Shown here: positions 8,826-17,005 of the stretch, piece after piece
Position numbering within the stretch: the stretch's first letter is position 1
Layout: each line of letters starts with the position of its first letter
Source: Bdellovibrionia bacterium
GTDB taxonomy: Bacteria > Bdellovibrionota > UBA1018
Assembly (NCBI GenBank): GCA_045805065.1
Contig: JBJMMA010000159.1
Span: 1 to 21,335 of the forward strand
Direction of reading: 5' to 3'
Length of the DNA stretch: 21,335 nucleotides
The notes under the pieces: model-generated
Databases searched by the model: none
What the model was told of the DNA's origin: nothing
The model's input: the letters and a program-made list of their open reading frames with translations, nothing else
Program-made: the position numbers and the translations under genes

Positions 8826-8853
8826 CTATCGCCGTTTTTGCGAAATAACTTTA
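8826..8853 (-). promoter_or_regulatory. Putative sigma28 (FliA)-type promoter TAAAG-N15-GGCGATAG
   Basis: Resembles the TAAA(G)...GCCGATAA consensus and lies 40 nt upstream of the 8786 start. Confidence 0.5.
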
Positions 8854-8946
8854 GCCGTGTCGGGCCGACCCTGGCTCAATTGGGCATCGGATTTATTCTA
8901 TTTTTAAATAGCCGGGAAAAATAGATGTAAAATTTATGACTATGAC

Positions 8947-8964
8947 CTGTCAGCGGGCTGACAG
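8947..8964. promoter_or_regulatory. Palindrome CTGTCAGC-GG-GCTGACAG in divergent promoter region
   Basis: Perfect 8-bp arms with a 2-bp spacer, operator-like geometry. Confidence 0.45.
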
Positions 8965-9052
8965 TCCCCCCCGCTAAGCTTGCTGAACAAAACGGATCTT
9001 CGGCTCTCTTATGAAGGTGAGAAAACATCCCATTTTGATTAAATTGAAATTA

Positions 9053-9631
9053 ATGAATCGCCGCCTCCTGAAACTGATTTTTTTCTCCATCGCTCTCCAT
9101 GCAGCGATCTTTGCGGCGTTCACTGTGTCACTCAGGACCCAGAGAATGGACATGCCTTCACCAGGTGAGAGCCACATCGGTCCTCTAGCCATCGAAGTGG
9201 GTGGTGAGCCCAAGACTGAGGCGCCATCTCATCCTGCTTCAAAACAGCTTTCTTCCCAGCAAGCCGTGACCACAAACTCCTCGGCAGAATCTGCCCATCC
9301 GGAAAGCGGAGCCAGCCGCGGCTCAAACTCAGGCCCCGTCGCCATCAATTCATCTGATCCTTATTACTCAGAAATCCGCGCCAGAATCGAATCCCACATC
9401 CACTACCCCCCAGCCTTCGCCCGCCGAAGACTTCAAGGCCAAGTGCAAGTCACCCTCACCCTGCTTTCCAATGGATCCATCTCATCATTAGATGTCGCCC
9501 ACTCCAGCGGCACCTCCGAACTCGATCAACTCGCCCTCGACTCCGTCCGAGCCGCATCCCCCTTCCCAACTTTCGAATCCACCTCCCCAGCCCGCAAACT
9601 CGAACTCCCGATCACCTTCCGCCTCCGCTAA
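9053..9631 (+). CDS. Energy transducer TonB family protein (TM anchor, Ser/Pro linker, TonB C-terminal domain)
   Basis: SIALHAAIF (SxxxH TM motif), YPPAFARRRLQGQV, HSSGTSELDQLAL, AASPFP, LPITF. Start is 9053 or 9011. Confidence 0.88.
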   Translation: MNRRLLKLIFFSIALHAAIFAAFTVSLRTQRMDMPSPGESHIGPLAIEVGGEPKTEAPSHPASKQLSSQQAVTTNSSAESAHPESGASRGSNSGPVAINSSDPYYSEIRARIESHIHYPPAFARRRLQGQVQVTLTLLSNGSISSLDVAHSSGTSELDQLALDSVRAASPFPTFESTSPARKLELPITFRLR

Positions 9632-9869
9632 CCAAAAGGTGGTCGCCTCCTTTTTGTAGCGCACCTGCAGCAAAGTCCGATTTCCGAACAAATCAAAACG
9701 CGTTTGGAACTGAGATAAAAAGCCTCGCTGTGACATCCTGTCACACTTCCCAGACGGCATCCTGCCTGGAAGGGCTCGGTTTTTATCTCAGTTCCAAACG
9801 CGTTTTGATTTGGCCGGAGATCGAATGATAACGCGCCATCGCTACAAAAAGGAGGCGACCACCTTTTGG
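9632..9869. repeat. 238-bp nested inverted-repeat element (REPIN/MITE-like or structured RNA)
   Basis: 9632-9661 is the exact reverse complement of 9840-9869 (30 bp), and 9689-9721 of 9780-9812 (33 bp). Both intervening spacers are 27 nt; the 58-nt core holds two small hairpins. Confidence 0.95.
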
Positions 9870-9885
9870 CACCTTTTGGGTAAAT

Positions 9886-9974
9886 TTTGCCTCTCGAGAT
9901 CGTGCTCTGAACCTCCGATCAGAAAGATGCAGCGGGAATGGATTATCCCGCTCGCGAGTTCGCACGGAGGCAAA
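9886..9974 (+). promoter_or_regulatory. Putative multibranch 5' leader sequestering the lipoprotein SD
   Basis: Helices TTTGCCTC/GAGGCAAA, CGTGC/GCACG, TCTGA/TCAGA and AGCGGGA/TCCCGCT. Confidence 0.5.
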
Positions 9975-9978
9975 GACT

Positions 9979-10746
9979 ATGAGTAAAACTATCGAACACA
10001 ATTGGCGCAATTGGATGATGTGGGTTCTTTCCGGGATGATTCTCATCACGGTCAGCGGTTGCCGCTTCGGAAATCACGTCGACACGGGAGCCTCTCAAGA
10101 CATCGGGGCATCCGGCTACTACTCCACTCGCCCCACCTCTTATACTGTCACCACGACTCAAACAACGGGTGGAAACCATGTTCTCAACATGAGCGTGACT
10201 TCAGTTCCCACCATTATAAGCAATTACTTTACTGACCCGACAACCTTGGTGATGCTGGACTCGGCCACCGGAAGATACGCAGTCTTCCCACCGACCTCGG
10301 GCAACCCGACTTCCTACCAGGACATTTACCTTGCGGCCAACGGCAAGTCCTTTGGCATCAGCGAAGAGATGGGATGGGAACAGGCTTGGACTGACCCTGC
10401 CTGCCAGATCAATACGAGCTACGAAATCAGCGGTAACTTGAGTGCCTTGGGCGCGAGCGATCCGAAAACGATGTCCACTTCCCTGGGCCGCATTCCGCTC
10501 ACAGGCCGACTTTCATTGAGAGCCACTTACAAAACAAGCTTTCAGGGGAATTGTACGGCGAGTTGGCAAGCGATGGCTGATTGCTATCAGACTCTCACGT
10601 CCTGCCCGGGCGCAACCGCCGGCGATCAGGTTCAAGCCCAGAAAGTGGCGCAATCCACCTACGACTTCTGGGTCCAGGTCGGCGCTCTTTCTCTCAGTGA
10701 GATTGCGACAACCCATGAACTTCGCTTTGACGTAAGCTACCAATAG
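9979..10746 (+). CDS. Hypothetical lipoprotein
   Basis: SD GGAGG; hydrophobic leader ending in lipobox VSG-C; Thr/Ser-rich with four further Cys. Confidence 0.82.
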   Translation: MSKTIEHNWRNWMMWVLSGMILITVSGCRFGNHVDTGASQDIGASGYYSTRPTSYTVTTTQTTGGNHVLNMSVTSVPTIISNYFTDPTTLVMLDSATGRYAVFPPTSGNPTSYQDIYLAANGKSFGISEEMGWEQAWTDPACQINTSYEISGNLSALGASDPKTMSTSLGRIPLTGRLSLRATYKTSFQGNCTASWQAMADCYQTLTSCPGATAGDQVQAQKVAQSTYDFWVQVGALSLSEIATTHELRFDVSYQ

Positions 10747-10761
10747 GGTAAAAGTATAGGC

Positions 10762-11394
10762 ATGCGCCTATCCAACAAAGTCGTATTAGCTTCATTGAAT
10801 CGCGAAAAATTTGAAGAAATGCAGGCCCTTTTGGCCGCTTATCCGCAGGTCGAGCTCGTGCAGGCCAGCGATTTCATCCGCAACGCAAGCAAACTGGGCT
10901 TCGTTGAGCGGTACGACACCTACTTCGAAAACGCCATCGCCAAGGCACGCCTTGCTAACGCAGGATGCCACTACCCTTGTCTGGCCGATGACTCTGGCCT
11001 CGAAGTCGACGCCTTGAACGGCAAGCCTGGCGTTCGCAGCCATCGCTACGCCACTCCCAAGGCAGGCATGACTCAAGATCAAGCCAACGTGGAACTTCTA
11101 TTGAGCGAAATCCGCGGATCCGCAACCCGCAACGCTCGCTTCACCTGCACCCTCGTTCTTTTGGTTGAGGGAATCATGATTCAGGCAACGGGCGTTCTTG
11201 AAGGAACGATTGCCGATAAGCCTCGCGGCACCAACGGCTTTGGCTACGACCCGGTCTTCATTCCAGCTGGCACCAACAAAACCCTGGCTGAAATGACCTC
11301 CGACGAGAAGAACGCCATCTCTCATCGTGCAAAAGCCCTTCACGACCTCATGGCTCAAGTGAAGAGCCACGGAATCGTGTTCGCTAAGCCTTAA
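10762..11394 (+). CDS. rdgB: dITP/XTP pyrophosphatase (RdgB/HAM1)
   Basis: ENAIAKA, ADDSGLEVDALNGKPGVRS, GFGYDPVF and EKNAISHR motifs. Confidence 0.97.
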   Translation: MRLSNKVVLASLNREKFEEMQALLAAYPQVELVQASDFIRNASKLGFVERYDTYFENAIAKARLANAGCHYPCLADDSGLEVDALNGKPGVRSHRYATPKAGMTQDQANVELLLSEIRGSATRNARFTCTLVLLVEGIMIQATGVLEGTIADKPRGTNGFGYDPVFIPAGTNKTLAEMTSDEKNAISHRAKALHDLMAQVKSHGIVFAKP

Positions 11395-11415
11395 GTACCA
11401 GGTTTTGGCCCCAGC

Positions 11416-12066
11416 TTAGATCCGCCAGAAGTACTTGTAGTAGACCCACTTCATGTACTCACCTACGGTGACGTGCACGCCGTGTAGGCTTCCACGCCAT
11501 TCGCCCTCGCCAAAGGGCTCTTGAAGGGCTGAAAGAGTCTGAATCTGGATGTTCAGGCCATGCGTTTTGAGGGTTCGATCAAAAATAAACGCGGCCCGCT
11601 TCATATGATAAGGCGAGGTCATCAGTAGGATTCGCTTGAGCCCCCGCTTTTCGGCAAACCGGGCCAGCCAAAGCGCATTGGACTCGGTATTGGTGCTTTC
11701 GGTCTCAAGATAGACCTGGTCTGGCTTGATGACAGGCCGGACACCGGCTCTGAGTTGCCTGACAAAGACCGGCCAGGTCGACTGCGGACCCATTCCTGAG
11801 ATGTAGAGAAGTGGCGGGTTTTTTGGAGGATTTTCATTCTGGCCGTCTTCCCGGTAGCGATACCAAAGATCTCCGGCAGCAGCGATCCGTCCCCTTCCCC
11901 CCGCTAAGCAGACAATGGCATCCACGTCAGGGAGATGCACTCCGTCCACCGTATCTTGGTACTCGTAGATATCTCCGGCCAAAATCAGGGGCAAAGCCAT
12001 GGACCCTAGAGCAATCCCCAGGACCAAAAAAGTCAGGTGAATGAAAATTCCTCGAACCTTACGCAT
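11416..12066 (-). CDS. YdcF/ElyC/SanA family (DUF218) protein
   Basis: N-terminal TM, DAIVCLAGG, ETESTNTESNA, TSPYHMKRA, EYMK. Start is 12066 or 12090. Confidence 0.88.
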   Translation of the reverse strand: MRKVRGIFIHLTFLVLGIALGSMALPLILAGDIYEYQDTVDGVHLPDVDAIVCLAGGRGRIAAAGDLWYRYREDGQNENPPKNPPLLYISGMGPQSTWPVFVRQLRAGVRPVIKPDQVYLETESTNTESNALWLARFAEKRGLKRILLMTSPYHMKRAAFIFDRTLKTHGLNIQIQTLSALQEPFGEGEWRGSLHGVHVTVGEYMKWVYYKYFWRI

Positions 12067-12274
12067 GCGTCTATTGCTTAAGCAGAGCATATTCTAGGTT
12101 TTCGGTCTTGCAAAATCGGCAGTTCTTGAATAAGTCTAGTTCCTCCTGACTACAAGCAGGTTCGACCTCTGATGAGCTGACCTATACGAGAAGCCTTGGA
12201 GAGTCGGCTAAAACATTTTACGGAACAGTTGTCGAGGCGGGTTGGGCCCGCCGCGCATATAAAGGATTCGTGTC

Positions 12275-12499
12275 ATGGCCCGTTTTTGTGAATTTTGTAA
12301 TAAAGGTCCTGTGAGCGGCAATTTGATCTCTCACTCCAACATCAAGACCCGCACCCGCTGGCTGCCGAATTTGAAAAACATGAAGGCCGTCATCAACGGA
12401 ACCACCCGCTCGGTTAAGGTTTGCACCCGTTGCATCCGTTCCGGCGTTGTGACCCGCCCAGTGAAGCGCAACTACAAGCCAGCTGCTAACGCTAGCTAA
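12275..12499 (+). CDS. rpmB: 50S ribosomal protein L28 (Zn-ribbon CxxC form)
   Basis: MARFCEFC, GNLISHSNIKTRTRWLPNL, VCTRCIRSG. Confidence 0.97.
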   Translation: MARFCEFCNKGPVSGNLISHSNIKTRTRWLPNLKNMKAVINGTTRSVKVCTRCIRSGVVTRPVKRNYKPAANAS

Positions 12500-12523
12500 G
12501 CGCTTCTCTTAAAGTACAAGTTC

Positions 12524-12568
12524 AAAAGGCGCCTTTCCTGTTTTCAGGAAGGGCGCCTTTTCTTTTTT
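12524..12568 (+). terminator. Rho-independent terminator of rpmB
   Basis: AAAAGGCGCCTTTCCTG-TTTT-CAGGAAGGGCGCCTTTT followed by CTTTTTT. Confidence 0.9.
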
Positions 12569-12614
12569 ATTTATGACCGGCTCAACAATCGGTCTCTCTC
12601 CATATTCATTGCTC

Positions 12615-12652
12615 AAACAAAAGCGGCGTTTAAGCCAGTGGCTTAAACGCCG
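12615..12652 (-). terminator. Rho-independent terminator of maeB-ridA
   Basis: CGGCGTTTAAGCCA-G-TGGCTTAAACGCCG palindrome (12624-12652) followed on the minus strand by CTTTTGTTT. Confidence 0.85.
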
Positions 12653-12684
12653 TTAGTTTTTTAAACAATTTGGGTAAATGAGTT

Positions 12685-13080
12685 CTACTTAATCGCCAAA
12701 ACTTCAATCTCAACCAGAACGTCTTTCGGAAGACGCGCAACTTCCACGGTCGAGCGAGCTGGAGGAGTTCCGCCAGCTTCGGTGACATACTTGCCGTAAA
12801 CAGCGTTCACTTTTGGGAAGTCATTCATCGACTTCAAGAAAATCGTCGTCTTGACCACGCGATCGAGACCGGTGCCTGCTGCTTCAAGAACAGCAAGAAC
12901 GTTCTTCATCACTTGCTCAGTCTGTGCTTCGACCTCGGTGCCGACGATGGCGCCAGTCTCAGGATGAAGCGGGATCTGGCCTGAGCAGAAAACCATGTTT
13001 CCTGCTTCAATCGCCTGGCTGTATGGGCCGATCGGTTGTGGGGCGTTCTTGGTCAAAACATCTTTAATCGATGCTGGCAT
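12685..13080 (-). CDS. ridA: RidA family reactive-intermediate deaminase (YjgF/YER057c/UK114)
   Basis: APQPIGPYSQA, SGQIP, VVKTTIFL, PARSTVEV, VEIEVLA; SD AAGGAG. Confidence 0.95.
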   Translation of the reverse strand: MPASIKDVLTKNAPQPIGPYSQAIEAGNMVFCSGQIPLHPETGAIVGTEVEAQTEQVMKNVLAVLEAAGTGLDRVVKTTIFLKSMNDFPKVNAVYGKYVTEAGGTPPARSTVEVARLPKDVLVEIEVLAIK

Positions 13081-13146
13081 TTACTCATTCTCCTTAATGT
13101 ATTGAGAAAATGGCAGAGCAGGTTCTCACCCACTCTGCCTTACAAG

Positions 13147-15480
13147 TTAATCGCGATTCACGGTCTCAGCAGCGGCTGCAGCCGCGGCCTTGCCGCGTTC
13201 TCTATCTGCGCGCTTGTGGCGCACCTGAATATCCATGGCGCAGATTGCAGCCATGTTGACGACGTCGTTGACGTCGCTGTTCTGCTGCAGAACGTGCACA
13301 GGCTTGTTCATTCCGACCAGGATCGGGCCAATCACCTCAGCCGATCCCATCCGATACATGAGCTTGTAAGCGATATTTCCGGACTGAAGATCCGGGAAGA
13401 TCAGAACGTTGGCATCACCTGGCACCATGTTGAATGGGAAGCTCTCTTTGGAGATCTCAGGCGTGACAGCCGTATCCGCCTGCATTTCGCCATCAATCTT
13501 CAGATTCGGCATGCGCTCGCGAACTATCTCGGTCGCACGGCGAACCTTCACGGCACTTTCGTGACCGTTGGATCCAAAGTTTGAGAACGAGAGCATCGCG
13601 ACTTTCGGTTCTTCGACCGAGTAGCGGCGTGCGAGCTCTGCGGTTTGGATGGCGATATCCGCAAGCTCTTCCGCCGTTGGATTGATATTGACCGTCGTAT
13701 CGGCAAACCAAAGCACGCGACGCTTGAAGATCATCATGTAAATACCCGCCAGGCGTGAGCCTGGATTTGGGCCGATGACCTGGATCGCAGGACGAAGCGT
13801 CTCAGGATAGCTTTGAGCAGTACCACCGACCATTCCGTCGGCATCACCCATCTCCACCATCATCGCAGCGAAGTAATTGTTGTTCTTCATCGTCTGGCGC
13901 GCGAGGTTGTAAGTCATTCCCTTACGCTGACGGCGCTTGGTGTACTCTTGCGCGTACTTATCACGAAGAGGTGACATCGAAGGACGAATGATCTTCACGC
14001 CCTTGAGGCCTTCTTCAAGACCGAGATCCTTGATCTGACGCATGACGATTTGATCATCACCCAGAAGAATCGGCTCACAGATTCCCTCTTCACGCGCAAC
14101 GTTCGCAGCGCGAAGGACTTTTCTGATCTCGCCTTCCGGGAAAACAATCGTTGCGCGTTTTCCAGACTCAGCAGAGATAACCTGGTTCTTGATTCCGCGC
14201 ATGACCGTGTAGCTTGAGCCCAGGAGAGACTCAAGGCTGTTGCGGTATTGCTTGATGTCGAACTTCTTACGGGCAACGCCCGACTGCATCGCGGCTTCAG
14301 CAACGGCAGGGGCAACCCAGAGAAGAACACGGCGATCAAATGGCTTTGGAATCAGATAGTCGCGGCCAAACTTAAAGCGAAGACCGCCATAAGCGCGAGA
14401 CACGGCTTCTGGTACTTCTTCCTTTGCAAGCTGAGCGAGAGCCTTAACGGCTGCCATCTTCATTTCTTCGTTGATGGCTTGAGCGCTCGTGTCCAAAGCT
14501 CCACGGAAAATAAAAGGAAAGCCCAGAACGTTATTCACTTGGTTTGGATAGTCCGAACGTCCGGTCGCCATGATGGCGTCTGGACGAACTCTCAAAACTT
14601 CTTCTGGCAGAACTTCCGGATCAGGGTTTGCCATCGCAAAGACGATCGGATCGCGGGCCATATTTTTGACCATGTCGACCGAGATGCCGTCCTTGACGGA
14701 GACGCCGACGAAAGCGTCCGCGCCTTCAAGCGCCTGACCAATCGTGCGCTTATCGGTTTCAACCGCAAAGCGCTCTTTATAAGGGTTCATCCCCTCTTTG
14801 CGTCCTTTGTAAATGACGCCCTTGGAGTCGCACATGATGATGTTCTCGCGGCGAACACCCAGGTTCAGGTAAAGGTTTGCGCAAGCGATTGCAGCAGCAC
14901 CGCCGCCGCAGAACACAACGCGAACTTCATCGATCTTCTTGTTAACGATCTCAAGCGCGTTCAAAAAGGCCGCGGCGCTGATCACGGCCGTGCCGTGCTG
15001 ATCGTCGTGGAAAACGGGAATTTTCAGGCGCTTTTTGAGCTCTTCTTCAATGTAGAAGCACTCAGGCGCCTTGATGTCCTCAAGATTGATTCCACCAAAG
15101 GTTGGCTCAAGCATCTCGCACGCACGGATGACGTCATTTGGGTCCTTGGCGTTGAGCTCGATATCAAAAACATCGATATCGGCGAACTTCTTGAAGAGAA
15201 CGCCTTTTCCTTCCATGACAGGCTTTGAAGCTGCGGCGCCAATGTCGCCCAAGCCCAAAACTGCCGTGCCGTTGGAAACTACAGCGACCAGGTTTCCCTT
15301 GGCCGTGTATTCGTAAATCAGTTCTTCCTTCTCCGCGATCATACGGCAGGGTTCAGCAACACCTGGCGAGTAAGCCAGTGAGAGATCCTGCTGGGTCGCT
15401 ACTGGTTTGGAGGGAATAACTTCAATTTTACCTTTTCGCCCACGCGAATGGTATTCCAACGCCTCTTTGTAGATTGTCAT
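13147..15480 (-). CDS. maeB: NADP-dependent malic enzyme fused to a phosphotransacetylase-like domain
   Basis: [47 protein letters not shown], then a PTA domain ([27 protein letters not shown]). Confidence 0.97.
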   Translation of the reverse strand: MTIYKEALEYHSRGRKGKIEVIPSKPVATQQDLSLAYSPGVAEPCRMIAEKEELIYEYTAKGNLVAVVSNGTAVLGLGDIGAAASKPVMEGKGVLFKKFADIDVFDIELNAKDPNDVIRACEMLEPTFGGINLEDIKAPECFYIEEELKKRLKIPVFHDDQHGTAVISAAAFLNALEIVNKKIDEVRVVFCGGGAAAIACANLYLNLGVRRENIIMCDSKGVIYKGRKEGMNPYKERFAVETDKRTIGQALEGADAFVGVSVKDGISVDMVKNMARDPIVFAMANPDPEVLPEEVLRVRPDAIMATGRSDYPNQVNNVLGFPFIFRGALDTSAQAINEEMKMAAVKALAQLAKEEVPEAVSRAYGGLRFKFGRDYLIPKPFDRRVLLWVAPAVAEAAMQSGVARKKFDIKQYRNSLESLLGSSYTVMRGIKNQVISAESGKRATIVFPEGEIRKVLRAANVAREEGICEPILLGDDQIVMRQIKDLGLEEGLKGVKIIRPSMSPLRDKYAQEYTKRRQRKGMTYNLARQTMKNNNYFAAMMVEMGDADGMVGGTAQSYPETLRPAIQVIGPNPGSRLAGIYMMIFKRRVLWFADTTVNINPTAEELADIAIQTAELARRYSVEEPKVAMLSFSNFGSNGHESAVKVRRATEIVRERMPNLKIDGEMQADTAVTPEISKESFPFNMVPGDANVLIFPDLQSGNIAYKLMYRMGSAEVIGPILVGMNKPVHVLQQNSDVNDVVNMAAICAMDIQVRHKRADRERGKAAAAAAAETVNRD

Positions 15481-15489
15481 AGGTTGCCC

Positions 15490-15518
15490 AGACTATTGGA
15501 AAGCTCCTCGACATGCAA
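15490..15518 (-). promoter_or_regulatory. Putative sigma70 promoter of maeB, TTGCAT-N17-TAGTCT
   Basis: Canonical spacing; the -10 box ends 9 nt before the ATG with no SD between them. Confidence 0.6.
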
Positions 15519-15669
15519 GGAGTCCCACCAGCTTAACGCGCCGCGCATCTTACTCTTTCCGCTATCTCAATTTAAATGCTCAACCATTTGAAACTTCATG
15601 GGATTGCCCAACTCAATTTGAAGATTAATTCTGACAATCAGCGAAGAGCTATGGCACCATTATAAATAA

Positions 15670-16956
15670 ATGAAAAAGCACTTATGGATGCATCTTGCTG
15701 GCATTGGATCGCTGGCGCTTTTTTCGTCTGTCCCGGCGCACGCGGATTTCTTTATTCACTCGTGGGACAATCATCACTCGGGCGTCGGGTTATTTGATCT
15801 GGGCGCAGACCTCATGTGGTATCGCACGACGTCCAACTTCGATTCGACGGGATCGACCTTTGAGCCCAGCGGGTTGAGTTCCTATCAGCGTGTTCTTTTG
15901 GATCTGAACGTAGGCTATGGGATCACGCCCAAACTGAGCGTTTACGGACGCCTCGATTGGGAAATGTCCAAGGTGGACTCAACCAATACCTCAGCTTTCA
16001 CCGGAACTGGCTATGGCTTAGGCGATCAAACGGTGGGCCTCAACTACCGAATTTATGAAAAGGCTCATACGGGCTTCATTGATCTTCAAGGCCAGGTCGA
16101 TTTTCCGGCCTATAGCAACACGGTCGCTCCAGCCAACGGCACGGACGTGACCAATGCCCCTAACCTGGGTGATGCCAGCGTGGACGTCACTGGCGGCGCC
16201 TTTCTCACCTACGTTCTTGCCGAGAAAGCCCAGAACGATGTGAGGTTTGTGGGTGGCGTAGGCTATACCTATCGCAGCAGTTCATTTTCGGCAGCCATTC
16301 CCTGGAGCGCGCAGGTTGCTCTTCAACCCAAGCGCGAAGGTTTTGTTGCTCAAGTGGGCGGCTTCGGCATTCAATCACTCAACACCGACAGTCATCCCGG
16401 CAATGCAATTCTTTTGAACACCTCGGCGGGAAGCCTCGGCACGGGCGGAAGCTACATCACCAACGCCATCAACCCCTCTCACGCCACCTTGCGTGGACTT
16501 GCAGGCTGGCGCACACGCGATGACCTTCAGTTCACCGCAAGCATCGCTCAAAGCGTCTGGGGTCATGAAGCTCCTAACGGCTTAACGCTCGCCTTTGGTT
16601 TTCAGACGCATTTTGGCGGAGAGAAAGATACGGGCCCGCAAGATCCGGCGCTACAAAGCACAATCAAGTACGGTCGCTCCAACCGGGGCTACGTCAATTA
16701 CGGGCTTGAGGCCAAAGTCCTTCGCGCGAACGATCGCTTTCAACTCGTCAAAGTCGACAAGGGCTTGGATCAAGGCGTTCAAATCGGTGACACTTTTGAC
16801 ATTTTCATGACCAACGCGGACGGCTCTGTTGGATCCGCCGTTGCTCGTGGACGCGTGACTTCGGCCAAAGGCAGCGAAGCCGCGATCAAGATCGAAGAGT
16901 ATTTCAGGGAAGTTTGGATTGAAGAGGGCTTCACCGCCCGCCGACCCATTGAATGA
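15670..16956 (+). CDS. Outer-membrane beta-barrel protein with C-terminal small beta domain (FlgT-C-like)
   Basis: Signal peptide ending AHA; alternating hydrophobic strands, GLGD motif, barrel ending LAFGFQTHF; then VDKGLDQGVQIGDTFDIF domain. Confidence 0.7.
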   Translation: MKKHLWMHLAGIGSLALFSSVPAHADFFIHSWDNHHSGVGLFDLGADLMWYRTTSNFDSTGSTFEPSGLSSYQRVLLDLNVGYGITPKLSVYGRLDWEMSKVDSTNTSAFTGTGYGLGDQTVGLNYRIYEKAHTGFIDLQGQVDFPAYSNTVAPANGTDVTNAPNLGDASVDVTGGAFLTYVLAEKAQNDVRFVGGVGYTYRSSSFSAAIPWSAQVALQPKREGFVAQVGGFGIQSLNTDSHPGNAILLNTSAGSLGTGGSYITNAINPSHATLRGLAGWRTRDDLQFTASIAQSVWGHEAPNGLTLAFGFQTHFGGEKDTGPQDPALQSTIKYGRSNRGYVNYGLEAKVLRANDRFQLVKVDKGLDQGVQIGDTFDIFMTNADGSVGSAVARGRVTSAKGSEAAIKIEEYFREVWIEEGFTARRPIE

Positions 16957-16970
16957 TTCATTGGACTATT

Positions 16971-17005
16971 CAGGGAATGACTCAGGGAGAAAGAGTCCAG
17001 GGAGA
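16971..17005 (+). promoter_or_regulatory. Three CAGGGA repeats (CsrA/RsmA-like sites) at the RBS
   Basis: CAGGGA at 16971, 16983 and 16998; the second is in the loop of a GACTC/GAGTC hairpin, the third forms the SD. Confidence 0.5.

Noticed and set aside
8905..8970. c-di-GMP-I riboswitch
   Set aside because: The 3' CAGCGGGCTG looks superficially similar, but the GCAAA..GAAA..ACGCAAAG core is absent.
9632..9869. CRISPR array, retron msr/msd or canonical 6S RNA
   Set aside because: The repeats are inverted rather than direct, and no cas or RT gene is in the window. Perfect Watson-Crick arms and the lack of zapA/ygfA context argue against ordinary 6S, though only a covariance search can exclude it.
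9488..10049. Minus-strand ORFs 9488-9760 and 9783-10049 crossing the palindrome
   Set aside because: They overlap real genes antisense and simply translate repeat arms; no transposase motifs.
12169..12237. Canonical active hammerhead ribozyme or fluoride riboswitch
   Set aside because: GAAA core is replaced by TAAAA and stems I and III are weak; the fluoride GAUGG..UCxCC element is absent.
621..13080. A dedicated metabolite damage-control island (cinA, trxC, MBL hydrolase, rdgB, ridA)
   Set aside because: The genes are in separate transcription units and are common housekeeping genes; co-location is probably incidental.
14248..15228. 326-aa plus-strand ORF, and other long antisense ORFs over maeB, the M16 peptidase and the secreted genes
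   Set aside because: Shadow frames antisense to well-supported genes, with no recognisable motifs.
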